A stretch of DNA of 59,102 bases from Nemertoderma westbladi (taxonomy: Eukaryota > Animalia > Xenacoelomorpha): assembly GCA_032718475.1 (NCBI GenBank), contig JAUCBJ010009118.1, positions 1 through 59,102 of the forward strand, given 5' to 3'. Below, piece by piece: positions 1 to 12,300 of the stretch. The position numbers and the translations under genes are program-made. Under the pieces are notes generated by a model, which saw only the letters and a program-made list of their open reading frames with translations, was not told where the DNA came from and ran no database searches. Position 1 is the first letter of the stretch. Each line of letters opens with the position of its first letter.

Positions 1-2601
1 CATTGAGACGAGATATTGATACCCTAGATGGAGGTGGATTGTTGCTTCCATTGAGACGAGATATTGATACCCTAGATGGAGGTGGATTGTTGCTTCCATT
101 GAGACGAGATATTGATACCCTAGATGGAGGTGGATTGTTGCTTCCATTGAGACGAGATATTGATACCCTAGATGGAGGTGGATTGTTGCTTCCATTGAGA
201 CGAGATATTGATACCCTAGATGGAGGTGGATTGTTGCTTCCATTGAGACGAGATATTGATACCCTAGATGGAGGTGGATTGTTGCTTCCATTGAGACGAG
301 ATATTGATACCCTAGATGGAGGTGGATTGTTGCTTCCATTGAGACGAGATATTGATACCCTAGATGGAGGTGGATTGTTGCTTCCATTGAGACGAGATAT
401 TGATACCCTAGATGGAGGTGGATTGTTGCTTCCATTGAGACGAGATATTGATACCCTAGATGGAGGTGGATTGTTGCTTCCATTGAGACGAGATATTGAT
501 ACCCTAGATGGAGGTGGATTGTTGCTTCCATTGAGACGAGATATTGATACCCTAGATGGAGGTGGATTGTTGCTTCCATTGAGACGAGATATTGATACCC
601 TAGATGGAGGTGGATTGTTGCTTCCATTGAGACGAGATATTGATACCCTAGATGGAGGTGGATTGTTGCTTCCATTGAGACGAGATATTGATACCCTAGA
701 TGGAGGTGGATTGTTGCTTCCATTGAGACGAGATATTGATACCCTAGATGGAGGTGGATTGTTGCTTCCATTGAGACGAGATATTGATACCCTAGATGGA
801 GGTGGATTGTTGCTTCCATTGAGACGAGATATTGATACCCTAGATGGAGGTGGATTGTTGCTTCCATTGAGACGAGATATTGATACCCTAGATGGAGGTG
901 GATTGTTGCTTCCATTGAGACGAGATATTGATACCCTAGATGGAGGTGGATTGTTGCTTCCATTGAGACGAGATATTGATACCCTAGATGGAGGTGGATT
1001 GTTGCTTCCATTGAGACGAGATATTGATACCCTAGATGGAGGTGGATTGTTGCTTCCATTGAGACGAGATATTGATACCCTAGATGGAGGTGGATTGTTG
1101 CTTCCATTGAGACGAGATATTGATACCCTAGATGGAGGTGGATTGTTGCTTCCATTGAGACGAGATATTGATACCCTAGATGGAGGTGGATTGTTGCTTC
1201 CATTGAGACGAGATATTGATACCCTAGATGGAGGTGGATTGTTGCTTCCATTGAGACGAGATATTGATACCCTAGATGGAGGTGGATTGTTGCTTCCATT
1301 GAGACGAGATATTGATACCCTAGATGGAGGTGGATTGTTGCTTCCATTGAGACGAGATATTGATACCCTAGATGGAGGTGGATTGTTGCTTCCATTGAGA
1401 CGAGATATTGATACCCTAGATGGAGGTGGATTGTTGCTTCCATTGAGACGAGATATTGATACCCTAGATGGAGGTGGATTGTTGCTTCCATTGAGACGAG
1501 ATATTGATACCCTAGATGGAGGTGGATTGTTGCTTCCATTGAGACGAGATATTGATACCCTAGATGGAGGTGGATTGTTGCTTCCATTGAGACGAGATAT
1601 TGATACCCTAGATGGAGGTGGATTGTTGCTTCCATTGAGACGAGATATTGATACCCTAGATGGAGGTGGATTGTTGCTTCCATTGAGACGAGATATTGAT
1701 ACCCTAGATGGAGGTGGATTGTTGCTTCCATTGAGACGAGATATTGATACCCTAGATGGAGGTGGATTGTTGCTTCCATTGAGACGAGATATTGATACCC
1801 TAGATGGAGGTGGATTGTTGCTTCCATTGAGACGAGATATTGATACCCTAGATGGAGGTGGATTGTTGCTTCCATTGAGACGAGATATTGATACCCTAGA
1901 TGGAGGTGGATTGTTGCTTCCATTGAGACGAGATATTGATACCCTAGATGGAGGTGGATTGTTGCTTCCATTGAGACGAGATATTGATACCCTAGATGGA
2001 GGTGGATTGTTGCTTCCATTGAGACGAGATATTGATACCCTAGATGGAGGTGGATTGTTGCTTCCATTGAGACGAGATATTGATACCCTAGATGGAGGTG
2101 GATTGTTGCTTCCATTGAGACGAGATATTGATACCCTAGATGGAGGTGGATTGTTGCTTCCATTGAGACGAGATATTGATACCCTAGATGGAGGTGGATT
2201 GTTGCTTCCATTGAGACGAGATATTGATACCCTAGATGGAGGTGGATTGTTGCTTCCATTGAGACGAGATATTGATACCCTAGATGGAGGTGGATTGTTG
2301 CTTCCATTGAGACGAGATATTGATACCCTAGATGGAGGTGGATTGTTGCTTCCATTGAGACGAGATATTGATACCCTAGATGGAGGTGGATTGTTGCTTC
2401 CATTGAGACGAGATATTGATACCCTAGATGGAGGTGGATTGTTGCTTCCATTGAGACGAGATATTGATACCCTAGATGGAGGTGGATTGTTGCTTCCATT
2501 GAGACGAGATATTGATACCCTAGATGGAGGTGGATTGTTGCTTCCATTGAGACGAGATATTGATACCCTAGATGGAGGTGGATTGTTGCTTCCATTGAGA
2601 C
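1..2601. repeat. 48-bp perfect tandem repeat (minisatellite), ~54 copies, runs off the window start
   Basis: The unit CATTGAGACGAGATATTGATACCCTAGATGGAGGTGGATTGTTGCTTC repeats with no variant that I could find and no spacers. It ends about 140 nt downstream of the Roco stop codon. Confidence 0.98.
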
Positions 2602-2739
2602 TGTTGTGTCATTGCCATTCAAAATCATGTTCCACAAAAATTACTCAAAGAAAGCATTTTGCTTCTTCTTTGACATTGTATCCACAGGTTAACCCAGGCG
2701 CTTATTATGTTTAATTCCAACAAAATCATTTAACATTTC

Positions 2740-5700
2740 TTACTCTATTCCCATCAACTCTAGAAGATGACTCTGGTTTGTTTTCCGCAAACCGTCACAG
2801 AAGATTATGAAATCTTTCTCTGGCCGGCATAATAAATTCTTTATGAGATTATAATTAGTGGAGAATGATGATTGCACTGACTTTATGCTCTCTATTTGAT
2901 GATAAGAAAACACAGACTTGCTCTCAAGATATACCAGCAATTGACCATTATCCAAATTATCGGCTAAATCGTACATGTGTACAGTAAGTAATCCTTTATA
3001 ACCAGAACTGTTGCTCTTATCTGATTCAGATTCGACAAACCATTCCTTATAAGTATCGGTTCGACATCTCCCAAACTTATCACAAACTGAAACTGACTGC
3101 GTTGACATCAAACAATCAGATAACTTCACAAAATGCAAGCAAGTATCATGAGAACACGATCTTACATTATGCATATCACATTTTTCATCACACGTGCATT
3201 CAACTTTAATTTCGAAACGCAATAAGTTGCCACTCGCACTTCCTATTAGATCCGAAACAGTGTTAAATATAATATCCTTTACATTATTAGTTACTGATGT
3301 CAGTGGAATGTTACATTCTTCAGTTGACTTAAGTATTTGAACTTTAATTCGGTACAAAAATCTCGGAGCCTTCTGTAAGACAAGGTCGTAGCCTGTATTA
3401 AGGAAAATCCGGACAACTCTGTGAAATAATTTGGGCGGAATCTTTCTAGAGCTATTGCAGGAGGAAAATTCTATTAATCGTTTAACCAGTCTAAAGTAAA
3501 GACTATCAGGTAGAAAACCATTAAATATTATATAAAATTCGACGTCGTTTGGTTTTCTACGAAATTCTGCAACATCTTTGCAAGGTTTGAGTCGGCAGGG
3601 AACGTAATATGATATTTTATTTGTATTTTCTTCAATCCCTGAGTCTTTCTCCAAGGGGATTTTATCGCAGAGAAGATCAAATCGGTTCAATAAGCCAATT
3701 AACAGCACCTTCTGTTCTAAATGATCCTTCCACATGAACTCAATTAGTTCATCGTGAAGTACACCATGGTTGTCCAGATCATTCCAAAAATCTCGGTGTT
3801 TCGCTAATTTCTTATCTTTTACCGTTACTAGTTTACAAAACATGTCGATCAACCATTGCGGTTTCAGTATAACTATGTTCTTCCCATTCGTATCATTATC
3901 AAAAAAATATATTATTGTTCCAAGATCGTGATAAAATTCTAACATTGTCTTCAAGCCGATTTCTGTAAATGAAATTCCATCTTCTATCAACCTCTCATTG
4001 ATAATACCAGGAGTTGTATAAAATGTATCTTCTGATATCAATTGCAAGACTAGACGATCGAACATTAAATATCTTTGTGGAATCAGTTGCTTAATATCCG
4101 AGAAACAACTGATAATGCTCGCCTTGAGATCTTTTATATCTTCATCAAATTCCGATCGAATTTCCTTATTGTTTTCCACAGCGAAATATTCTATCACTAA
4201 TTGTTGTTTATATGACCTGCCCCTAATTAATTGAGCGATATCCTGGAAAATTTTCTCAGCTATAGCATTCTGTTTCAAATAATCATTATGTAATGAAGAT
4301 TTGTGTGTACCAACAATAAAAACATGCGGCCCTTTTTGAACTAAACCACGCTGAAAATGACTAGCGAACGTGAAAATATTGGACAACCAAAAATCGATAA
4401 ATTCGATGTTTGTCATTTCACTTTCAAGGTACTCGGTTTGATCACAAGTTTCATCGAAACGAAATATCATGTCGCACTTAGAATCTAAACTTTTTGTTAG
4501 ATTAAATACTACTAAGTACACAGCACGAGAGCTTAGGAATATTTGGTGAGTCGAATAGTATATATTCTGCCCTCCAAAATCCCAAATCGGAACAGTAATG
4601 ATATTCTCATCTTCTTGTAAATTGACAAAAAGGTCAGAATTTGAAAACTTCAACAAATTGTTAACTTCCTTGGTGATACTAGAGGGGATACTTGTTATTG
4701 GTTTTGGGTGAGTAACTTGATCACTTTCAACCCAGTGTCCAACATAAAGGTCATTGTCCAGTTGCATATTATCAATAGCATCGCCTGACCCGTTGTTTTC
4801 CCTTTCATTATCATTAGTAAACGACATGTCACCATCAATTTCATCATATGCTTCTGAAGTTGAAATATTTGACTGAACTTGTCCAATAATTTTTGGGGAT
4901 AACTCCAAATTATCTGAAGATTTAGGGTGTTTACTTTCTGTACTAATTTCGCTATTATTGATTAACAGTCCCTGTGAGTCATTAATGTTAACGAGAATCA
5001 TTTTGGCAAATACCTTGTCTAACTCATCTACTGATTGGCTTGTCGGCTCAGAATGAGTCCAGGTTTCTGGTTGGTCAGTTCTGATATTACATTTAGTCTC
5101 TGTATCAATCCCATTAGTTATAGGTTCCTCGGGGTTGAACACACAGCCTGTGAGCGCTTTCTTCAAACTAGTTTTTCCAGCACGCTCTTGCCCAACCACC
5201 ATCAATCTTGAACTACACGACCACTTAGTTCCATATTTCAAAGCTGCCTCGTAAGCAGCCACTGCCTGAGGTCCACGGGCCAATATTTCCAAAGGCAGAC
5301 TTTGTTGAATAAATAGCCTTACTGCGGCGGGTATCACAACCGAGTTGCTATGCTTTTCTAGCAATGCACGACATGAAATATCATCTACTGCCCCGATTAC
5401 CATAGGATGGCTTAAATTCCAAGAGCCAGCTAAAGAATCAATGCTGATTTGTTTTCTATTAGTATTTAACAATTGATGGTACATAACTTGTAGTTTTTCA
5501 GACATGGACTCCAATGAAGACACAAGAAGTTGATGTATCATTTCTTCATTTGCCTTAGTCAGAGGCCCGGTTTTCCCAACATGTTCTACAATATCATTCC
5601 AATTGCTCGAATTACTAAGGAGTAGTGTAAACTCATCGATAGTGCGTGATATTTGGAGATGTGATTTACTGCCATAGTTTACTTGTAGTACAGTGCCATC

Positions 5701-6585
5701 ATTATAACCAAAAGCAAGACAGGTTTCTATTGGATGAAATATACAGCATCCAACAATGCTTCCTGTTCCAGTTACTGTGTGCAGAGTTGAACCACTTTCT
5801 GCATCCAATATTTTTACTCCTTTGGAATTACCAGCCAATCTCGAGAAAGTGGATAAAGCCAGTATAACAGATCCTGTACAACTGTATTGAATGAAATTTA
5901 TTTGAAGGTCTGTCCGTTTCCACAACAACGAATTGCTTTTAATAGCGATACATTGTACCATATTATTACCGGAAATTGCTATTCGCAGGGAATCAGGCGA
6001 AAAGTCCACTGATTGACCTTGATACATTGAAGCAAAAGACTTGGTAAATTTCGCAGTTTTAAGGTCCAATAGTTGAATGTTGGAATCGAAAAGCGAAGAA
6101 GTAACAAGTTCGTTACCAGAAGGGGAGAAGATCACATTGGTTGTGCCGATATAGTTTGTGCGCCAAGTTCTGTGAGTAAATGTTGGACCATCCCCCTTTA
6201 TTACTATTAGACTAACTGTACCATCTAAACAAGTTGTCGCTAATATATTCTTATTATTAGGATGGAAACGTATATCAAGACGTGGACAGTAATCATTGGT
6301 TCCTAATCGTAACTTAGAGTGAGGGATATTAATTAACAATCTTTCATCATCAAAAATCAATACATTGCCGTACACAGTACAGGCAGCCACTCTTTCACCG
6401 TTGTTTGCAATTGCACATTTAGAAAAACCATAAACTCCACAGACTTCATTTAAGCATTGTAGACTACCTAGGGTTATAGAATCGATGATGCACAGTTTCG
6501 TATGCGTACAAAATAGAATGCGTTTACCATCGGGAAAGTAGGAAATTCCGCTAATAAAGTTTATATCCAAAATCATCTTCCATAA
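2740..6585 (-). CDS. Exon 6 (terminal, 3846 nt) of the macro-like/WD40/Roc-COR/CARD gene; Roco-family GTPase
   Basis: 1278-aa ORF. WD40-like repeats (ISYFPDGKRI, VIFSPSGNEL, VDFSPDSLRI). Roc motifs G1 GQERAGKTS, G2 ITNGID, G3 WDFGGQ, G4 VGTHK. COR (FYHDLGTIIYF, LKPQWLIDMF, YYVPCRL), then a Cys/His cluster and a C-terminal CARD-like six-helix pattern. A phase-0 acceptor ttataatcag|TTA lies at 6586/6585, three codons upstream of the ORF ATG. Confidence 0.93.
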   Translation of the reverse strand, partial: LWKMILDINFISGISYFPDGKRILFCTHTKLCIIDSITLGSLQCLNEVCGVYGFSKCAIANNGERVAACTVYGNVLIFDDERLLINIPHSKLRLGTNDYCPRLDIRFHPNNKNILATTCLDGTVSLIVIKGDGPTFTHRTWRTNYIGTTNVIFSPSGNELVTSSLFDSNIQLLDLKTAKFTKSFASMYQGQSVDFSPDSLRIAISGNNMVQCIAIKSNSLLWKRTDLQINFIQYSCTGSVILALSTFSRLAGNSKGVKILDAESGSTLHTVTGTGSIVGCCIFHPIETCLAFGYNDGTVLQVNYGSKSHLQISRTIDEFTLLLSNSSNWNDIVEHVGKTGPLTKANEEMIHQLLVSSLESMSEKLQVMYHQLLNTNRKQISIDSLAGSWNLSHPMVIGAVDDISCRALLEKHSNSVVIPAAVRLFIQQSLPLEILARGPQAVAAYEAALKYGTKWSCSSRLMVVGQERAGKTSLKKALTGCVFNPEEPITNGIDTETKCNIRTDQPETWTHSEPTSQSVDELDKVFAKMILVNINDSQGLLINNSEISTESKHPKSSDNLELSPKIIGQVQSNISTSEAYDEIDGDMSFTNDNERENNGSGDAIDNMQLDNDLYVGHWVESDQVTHPKPITSIPSSITKEVNNLLKFSNSDLFVNLQEDENIITVPIWDFGGQNIYYSTHQIFLSSRAVYLVVFNLTKSLDSKCDMIFRFDETCDQTEYLESEMTNIEFIDFWLSNIFTFASHFQRGLVQKGPHVFIVGTHKSSLHNDYLKQNAIAEKIFQDIAQLIRGRSYKQQLVIEYFAVENNKEIRSEFDEDIKDLKASIISCFSDIKQLIPQRYLMFDRLVLQLISEDTFYTTPGIINERLIEDGISFTEIGLKTMLEFYHDLGTIIYFFDNDTNGKNIVILKPQWLIDMFCKLVTVKDKKLAKHRDFWNDLDNHGVLHDELIEFMWKDHLEQKVLLIGLLNRFDLLCDKIPLEKDSGIEENTNKISYYVPCRLKPCKDVAEFRRKPNDVEFYIIFNGFLPDSLYFRLVKRLIEFSSCNSSRKIPPKLFHRVVRIFLNTGYDLVLQKAPRFLYRIKVQILKSTEECNIPLTSVTNNVKDIIFNTVSDLIGSASGNLLRFEIKVECTCDEKCDMHNVRSCSHDTCLHFVKLSDCLMSTQSVSVCDKFGRCRTDTYKEWFVESESDKSNSSGYKGLLTVHMYDLADNLDNGQLLVYLESKSVFSYHQIESIKSVQSSFSTNYNLIKNLLCRPEKDFIIFCDGLRKTNQSHLLELMGIE
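2743..3000 (-). other. C-terminal CARD/death-fold domain (region of exon 6)
   Basis: ...MYDLADNLDNGQLLVYLESKSVFSYHQIESIKS...NLIKNLLCRPEKDFIIFCDGLRKTNQSHLLELM matches the typical CARD pattern (L..L.....L.YL.S..V....E.I; F..F...L..T.Q.HL..LL). Confidence 0.75.
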
Positions 6586-7567
6586 CTGATTATAAATATT
6601 CCCAACCTAATCGGAAAAAGGTAAATAAAATAAGATTATAATTAATTAATTAATTAATGGTTTTGTGTTATAATGTAACTCCTAATTTTATTTTACTATA
6701 TTGAAACATATCAAGATCCTGCCATAAGTATTATAGACTATCGTTATAATAAGTTATTAAAGCCCACAAGGAATCGGCCAAGAAGCCCCATGAAAACAGT
6801 ATGTGCAAGGGATGCGACAGAGCTCCGGGCCAATATTCTGGCTCCGGCTCTGGTTCCGGCTCCGGGCAAATTAACCCGGAGCCAATCCGGAGCTTATGTT
6901 GTTGAAATTTGAATTAAAATAATAAGTTTTTCTGATGTATGGATAATGTAAATATCATAGTAACTAACATAATAACTCATAAACTCTTACAGCTTGTTTT
7001 TTTAAGTTTCCTAATAAACCCCCCCTTGTGAAATTGTTTAAAAAAACATGAACTAAACATTGAAACAAAAACATTGAACAAAAACATTGAAATGATTCAG
7101 TTAATTCAATTAATATTCATCCCTAATTAAAAATATTAAATACATTAGGCCCTACTATCGTTTCGTTCGTCAGTTTAGAACACCAATTCCACTGACCCCC
7201 CCACCCCCCCCCCCCCCCCCACCCCCATCCACAACAGGTTGGTACTCTTCATGTCGTTTTTTTAAGTCGAGAAGGGTGCAGGTTATATAGTGACGGACCG
7301 GTTATATTCTAACCAAAACAATAAACGAGACTCGATAGCACATGTTACAGATTAATTTTATACCAGTAATTAGCTGTAACTAAGGATCTATTGTCGCAGG
7401 ACATTATGTCACAGGACCTAACGAGAAACGGCCAAAGGACCTATGACGCACTACCTGACATAAATTATAGACATAATTAGCGGTGGTCATAATGATGTCC
7501 TGCGTTGTTTTGATGTCGGTAGAGTAACCGTAATGTAATATCGTAACGTAAAAAATTAAGTTTTTCA

Positions 7568-7648
7568 AACGTAACGTAACGTAACGTAACGTAACGTAAC
7601 GTAACGTAACGTAACGTAACGTAACGTAACGTAACGTAACGTAACGTA
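7568..7648. repeat. (ACGTA)n pentanucleotide microsatellite
   Basis: About 16 perfect copies, read directly from the sequence. Confidence 0.97.
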
Positions 7649-7829
7649 AAACATAATTGCTTTTAACCTTAATGCTTAATGCGACCAAAACACTGAAAGA
7701 TCATTTACACCATTCAAATATAGTTCTAGATGAGGTGAACATTATTTCAAGGTTTATTTTGCGTCAACTTGTACCGCACTCAGCTAAGCATGTAATATTA
7801 ATCACTTGGCTTCTGTTTAACCTTCTTAC

Positions 7830-8000
7830 CTTATTAATGTGGTTAGGGTAAATGTCCAGACCAGGTTGATTAATCACCTCGCATGGATCACCCGCCGGGG
7901 GGTTCCGCTTTAGGAGACGGAACTTATCTATTATAGACATATTTTCTAGACTTCTGTATGAAACGTCGCTCGGATTAGGGCTGTAAACTACTAGTCGTAT
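7830..8000 (-). CDS. Exon 5 (171 nt, IRLVVYSPNP...YPNHINK)
   Basis: Acceptor ttcgttgcag|ATA, donor AAG|gtaaga, phase 0/0. It continues the motif GLPLKE|IRLVVY from exon 4. Confidence 0.85.
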
Positions 8001-8552
8001 CTGCAACGAATAAATTAATCCAATAAATCAATGAGTAAGTGGTTGAATTATTATATTGTAATAAATTATTGACAATGGATTTTTTTTACATTTAAGCATT
8101 ACTCAACTCACTCATAACAACTATTGGAAAACTTCCGTTTGGCACGTGCAGCTCTGTCTATCTATGTTTGCCCCCCCCCCCCCCCCCCCCCACGGCCCGG
8201 GTGGTATAAAAGTACATTTTTTAAGATCATATTATTTATTCATAGAAATAACAATATGTTGCGATTCATTCTCTCGGTAACTATAGAGTAAGTGGTGAAT
8301 GTAAAACACGAAACACCAGACGCTACCCGCAGGCTACTCCCCTCTTGGCTGTTACGGCACGGAGGGCGCCACACTAACTCCCAACGGTGAACACTCTACC
8401 TATCCAACCCTTTCTATACTCTCCCAGCCGAAGCCAGGTCAAAAAGTCAAATTCCAGTCAGTCAGTCAAATGTTGTCTGGTTTGCGTGAGCACAGGTCCA
8501 TGTGAATGTGAAGAATACCAGACTTTCTGCCGTTATATTTCACTTTGCCGTT

Positions 8553-8778
8553 ACCCCCCTGTGAAGGATACCAGGTTTTCACCAAAAACACAGGTTACAG
8601 AAGGGCTGAATCTAACCAAAACAATAAACGAATTAGTATATGTACAGGTTATAAGAAAGAAATAAGCGCTATAAAACACTTAATAAAGTTAAATAAAAAA
8701 AAATAAAAAATCTTCATATATAAAATTCCAATAAAAAGTCGACCGAAAAGTGAAATCCTGGTATTCTTCACATGGGCG
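8553..8778. mobile_element. Short MITE-like element with imperfect terminal inverted repeats
   Basis: CCCTGTGAAGGATACCAGG at ~8557 faces CCTGGTATTCTTCACATGGG at ~8757-8776. Confidence 0.45.
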
Positions 8779-9309
8779 TGAGCACAATAATGTATAAAGT
8801 GTCTTCTTTACGGACACAATGCAAAATTTATACAGCATTTAGTCGAATTTGAACCAGTGCCGCTGAACACTATTGTAAAAGCATTAAGGGGCTGTATCCA
8901 CAAGGACTCTGTGACATTTAAACTCGGTAACTATCCAAATTTTTGTAGCATCCAATTTTTAAAAATATACACTTCCAAACCCGACCCCTTGTTGCTATTT
9001 AATATACACTGGTACAATCCTAATACATGTTGCTAAGGAAAAAAACAATAAATTGAAAGTGATTCGCATTATTTATGTGGTATATACCTTTTGTTGTGGT
9101 ATTAGCAAAATGATGTAAAACGGGTTACCCCCTCTTTTGTGGATAACATTGGGACCTCATTTACAATTCGTATAGCCGGTAGTTAGGTAATGGTAATGGG
9201 TGAATATCACAGCTGTCAATACTTTTCGGCACCTGGCGGCCCCTTGGAAATTGCGGCCCAGGTGCACCTGCACCCATTGCACCCCCTGAATCCGGCCCTG
9301 TCACATTCA

Positions 9310-12300
9310 ACTAACCTCCTTGAGTGGGAGACCGCGTTTAAACCATCCAACCGCACCCTTTACCATACTCTCCAGTCTCACTAACCTCCTTGAGTGGGAG
9401 ACCGCGTTTAAACCATCCAACCGCACCCTTTACCATACTCTCCAGTCTCACTAACCTCCTTTAGTGGGAGACCGCGTTAAAACCATCCAACCGCACCCTT
9501 TACCATACTCTCCAGTCTCACTAACCTCCTTTAGTGGGAGACCGCGTTAAAACCATCCAACCGCACCCTTTACCATACTCTCCAGTCTCACCAACCTCCT
9601 TTAGTGGGAGACCGCGTTAAAACCATCCAACCGCACCCTTTACCATACTCTCCAGTCTCACTAACCTCCTTGAGTGGGAGACCGCGTTTAAACCATCCAA
9701 CCGCACCCTTTACCATACTCTCCAGTCTCACTAACCTCCTTGAGTGGGAGACCGCGTTTAAACCATCCAACCGCACCCTTTACCATACTCTCCAGTCTCA
9801 CTAACCTCCTTTAGTGGGAGACCGCGTTTAAACCATCAAACCGCACCCTTTACCATACTCTCCAGTCTCACTAACCTCCTTGAGTGGGAGACCGCGTTTA
9901 AACCATCCAACCGCACCCTTTACCATACTCTCCAGTCTCACTAACCTCCTTGAGTGGGAGACCGCGTTTAAACCATCCAACCGCACCCTTTACCATACTC
10001 CCTAGTCTCATTAACCTCCTTGAGTGGGAGACCGCGTTTAAACCATCCAACGGCACCCTTTACCATACTCTCTAGTCTCATTAACATCCTTGAGTGGGAG
10101 ACCGCGTTTAAACCATCCAACCGCACCCTTTACCATACTCTCCAGTCTCACTAACCTCCTTGAGTGGGAGACCGCGTTTAAACCATCCAACCGCACCCTT
10201 TACCATACTCTCTAGTCTCACTAACCTCCTTGAGTGGGAGACCGCGTTTAAACCATCCAACCGCACCCTTTACCATACTCTCCAGTCTCACTAATCTCCT
10301 TGAGTGGGAGACCGCGTTTAAACCATCAAACCGCACCCTTTACCATACTCTCTAGTCTCATTAACCTCCTTGAGTGGGAGACCGCGTTTAAACCATCCAA
10401 CCGCACCATTTACCATACTCTCCAGTCTCACTAACCTCCTTTAGTGGGAGACCGCGTTAAAACCATCCAACCGCACCCTTTACCATACTCTCCAGTCTCA
10501 CTAACCTCCTTTAGTGGGAGACCGCGTTAAAACCATCCAACCGCACCCTTTACTATACTCTCCAGTCTCACTAACCTCCTTGAGTGGGAGACCGCGTTTA
10601 AACCATCCAACCGCACCCTTTATCATACTCTCCAGTCTCACTAACCTCCTTGAGTGGGAGACCGCGTTTAAACCATCCAACCGCACCCTTTACCATACTC
10701 TCCAGTCTCACTAACCTCCTTTAGTGGGAGACCGCGTTTAAACCATCAAACCGCACCCTTTACCATACTCTCTAGTCTCATTAACCTCCTTGAGTGGGAG
10801 ACCGCGTTTAAACCATCCAACGGCACCCTTTACCATACTCTCTAGTCTCATTAACATCCTTGAGTGGGAGACCGCGTTTAAACCATCCAACCGCACCCAT
10901 TACCATACTCTATAGTCTCACTAATCTCCTTGAGTGGGAGACCGCGTTTAAACCATCAAACCGCACCCTTTACCATACTCTCTAGTCTCATTAACCTCCT
11001 TGAGTGGGAGACCGCGTTTAAACCATCCAACGGCACCCTTTACCATACTCTCCAGTCTCACTAACCTCCTTGAGTGGGAGACCGCGTTTAAACCATCCAA
11101 CCGCACCCTTTACCATACTCTCCAGTCTCACTAACCTCCTTGAGTGGGAGACCGCGTTTAAACCATCCAACCGCACCCTTTACCATACTCTCCAGTCTCA
11201 CTAACCTCCTTTAGTGGGAGACCGCGTTTAAACCATCCAACCGCACCCTTTACCATACTCTCCAGTCTCACTAACCTCCTTTAGTGGGAGACCGCGTTTA
11301 AACCATCAAACCGCACCCTTTACCATACTCTCTAGTCTCATTAACCTCCTTGAGTGGGAGACCGCGTTTAAACCATCCAACGGCACCCTTTACCATACTC
11401 TCTAGTCTCATTAACATCCTTGAGTGGGAGACCGCGTTTAAACCATCCAACCGCACCCTTTACCATACTCTATAGTCTCACTAATCTCCTTGAGTGGGAG
11501 ACCGCGTTTAAACCATCAAACCGCACCCTTTACCATACTCTCTAGTCTCATTAACCTCCTTGAGTGGGAGACCGCGTTTAAACCATCCAACGGCACCCTT
11601 TACCATACTCTCCAGTCTCACTAACCTCCTTGAGTGGGAGACCGCGTTTAAACCATCAAACCGCACCCTTTACCATACTCTCCAGTCTCACTAACCTCCT
11701 TGAGTGGGAGACCGCGTTTAAACCATCCAACGGCACCCTTTCCCATACTCTCTAGTCTCATTAACCTCCTTGAGTGGGAGACCGCGTTTAAACCATCCAA
11801 CCGCACCCTTTACCATACTCTATAGTCTCACTAATCTCCTTGAGTGGGAGACCGCGTTTAAACCATCAAACCGCACCCTTTACCATACTCTCTAGTCTCA
11901 TTAACCTCCTTGAGTGGGAGACCGCGTTTAAACCATCCAACGGCACCCTTTACCATACTCTCCAGTCTCACTAACCTCCTTGAGTGGGACACCGCGTTTA
12001 AACCATCCAACCGCACCCTTTACCATACTCTATAGTCTCACTAATCTCCTTGAGTGGGAGACCGCGTTTAAACCATCAAACCGCACCCTTTACCATACTC
12101 TCTAGTCTCATTAACCTCCTTGAGTGGGAGACCGCGTTTAAACCATCCAACGGCACCCTTTACCATACTCTCTAGTCTCATTAACCTCCTTGAGTGGGAG
12201 ACCGCGTTTAAACCATCCAACCGTACCCTTTACCATACTCTCCAGTCTCACTAACCTCCTTGAGTGGGAGACCGCGTTTAAACCATCCAACCGCACCCTT

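Noticed and set aside
3-2714. 903-aa repeat ORF as a real protein
   Set aside because: It is a by-product of a stop-free 48-bp unit. It has no ATG, no synonymous variation between copies, and two other frames are equally open.
2740-6576. Calling the ORF LRRK2, DAPK1 or Apaf-1
   Set aside because: It has no kinase, LRR or NB-ARC domain. It shares only Roc-COR, or WD40 and CARD, with these proteins, so no gene symbol is given.
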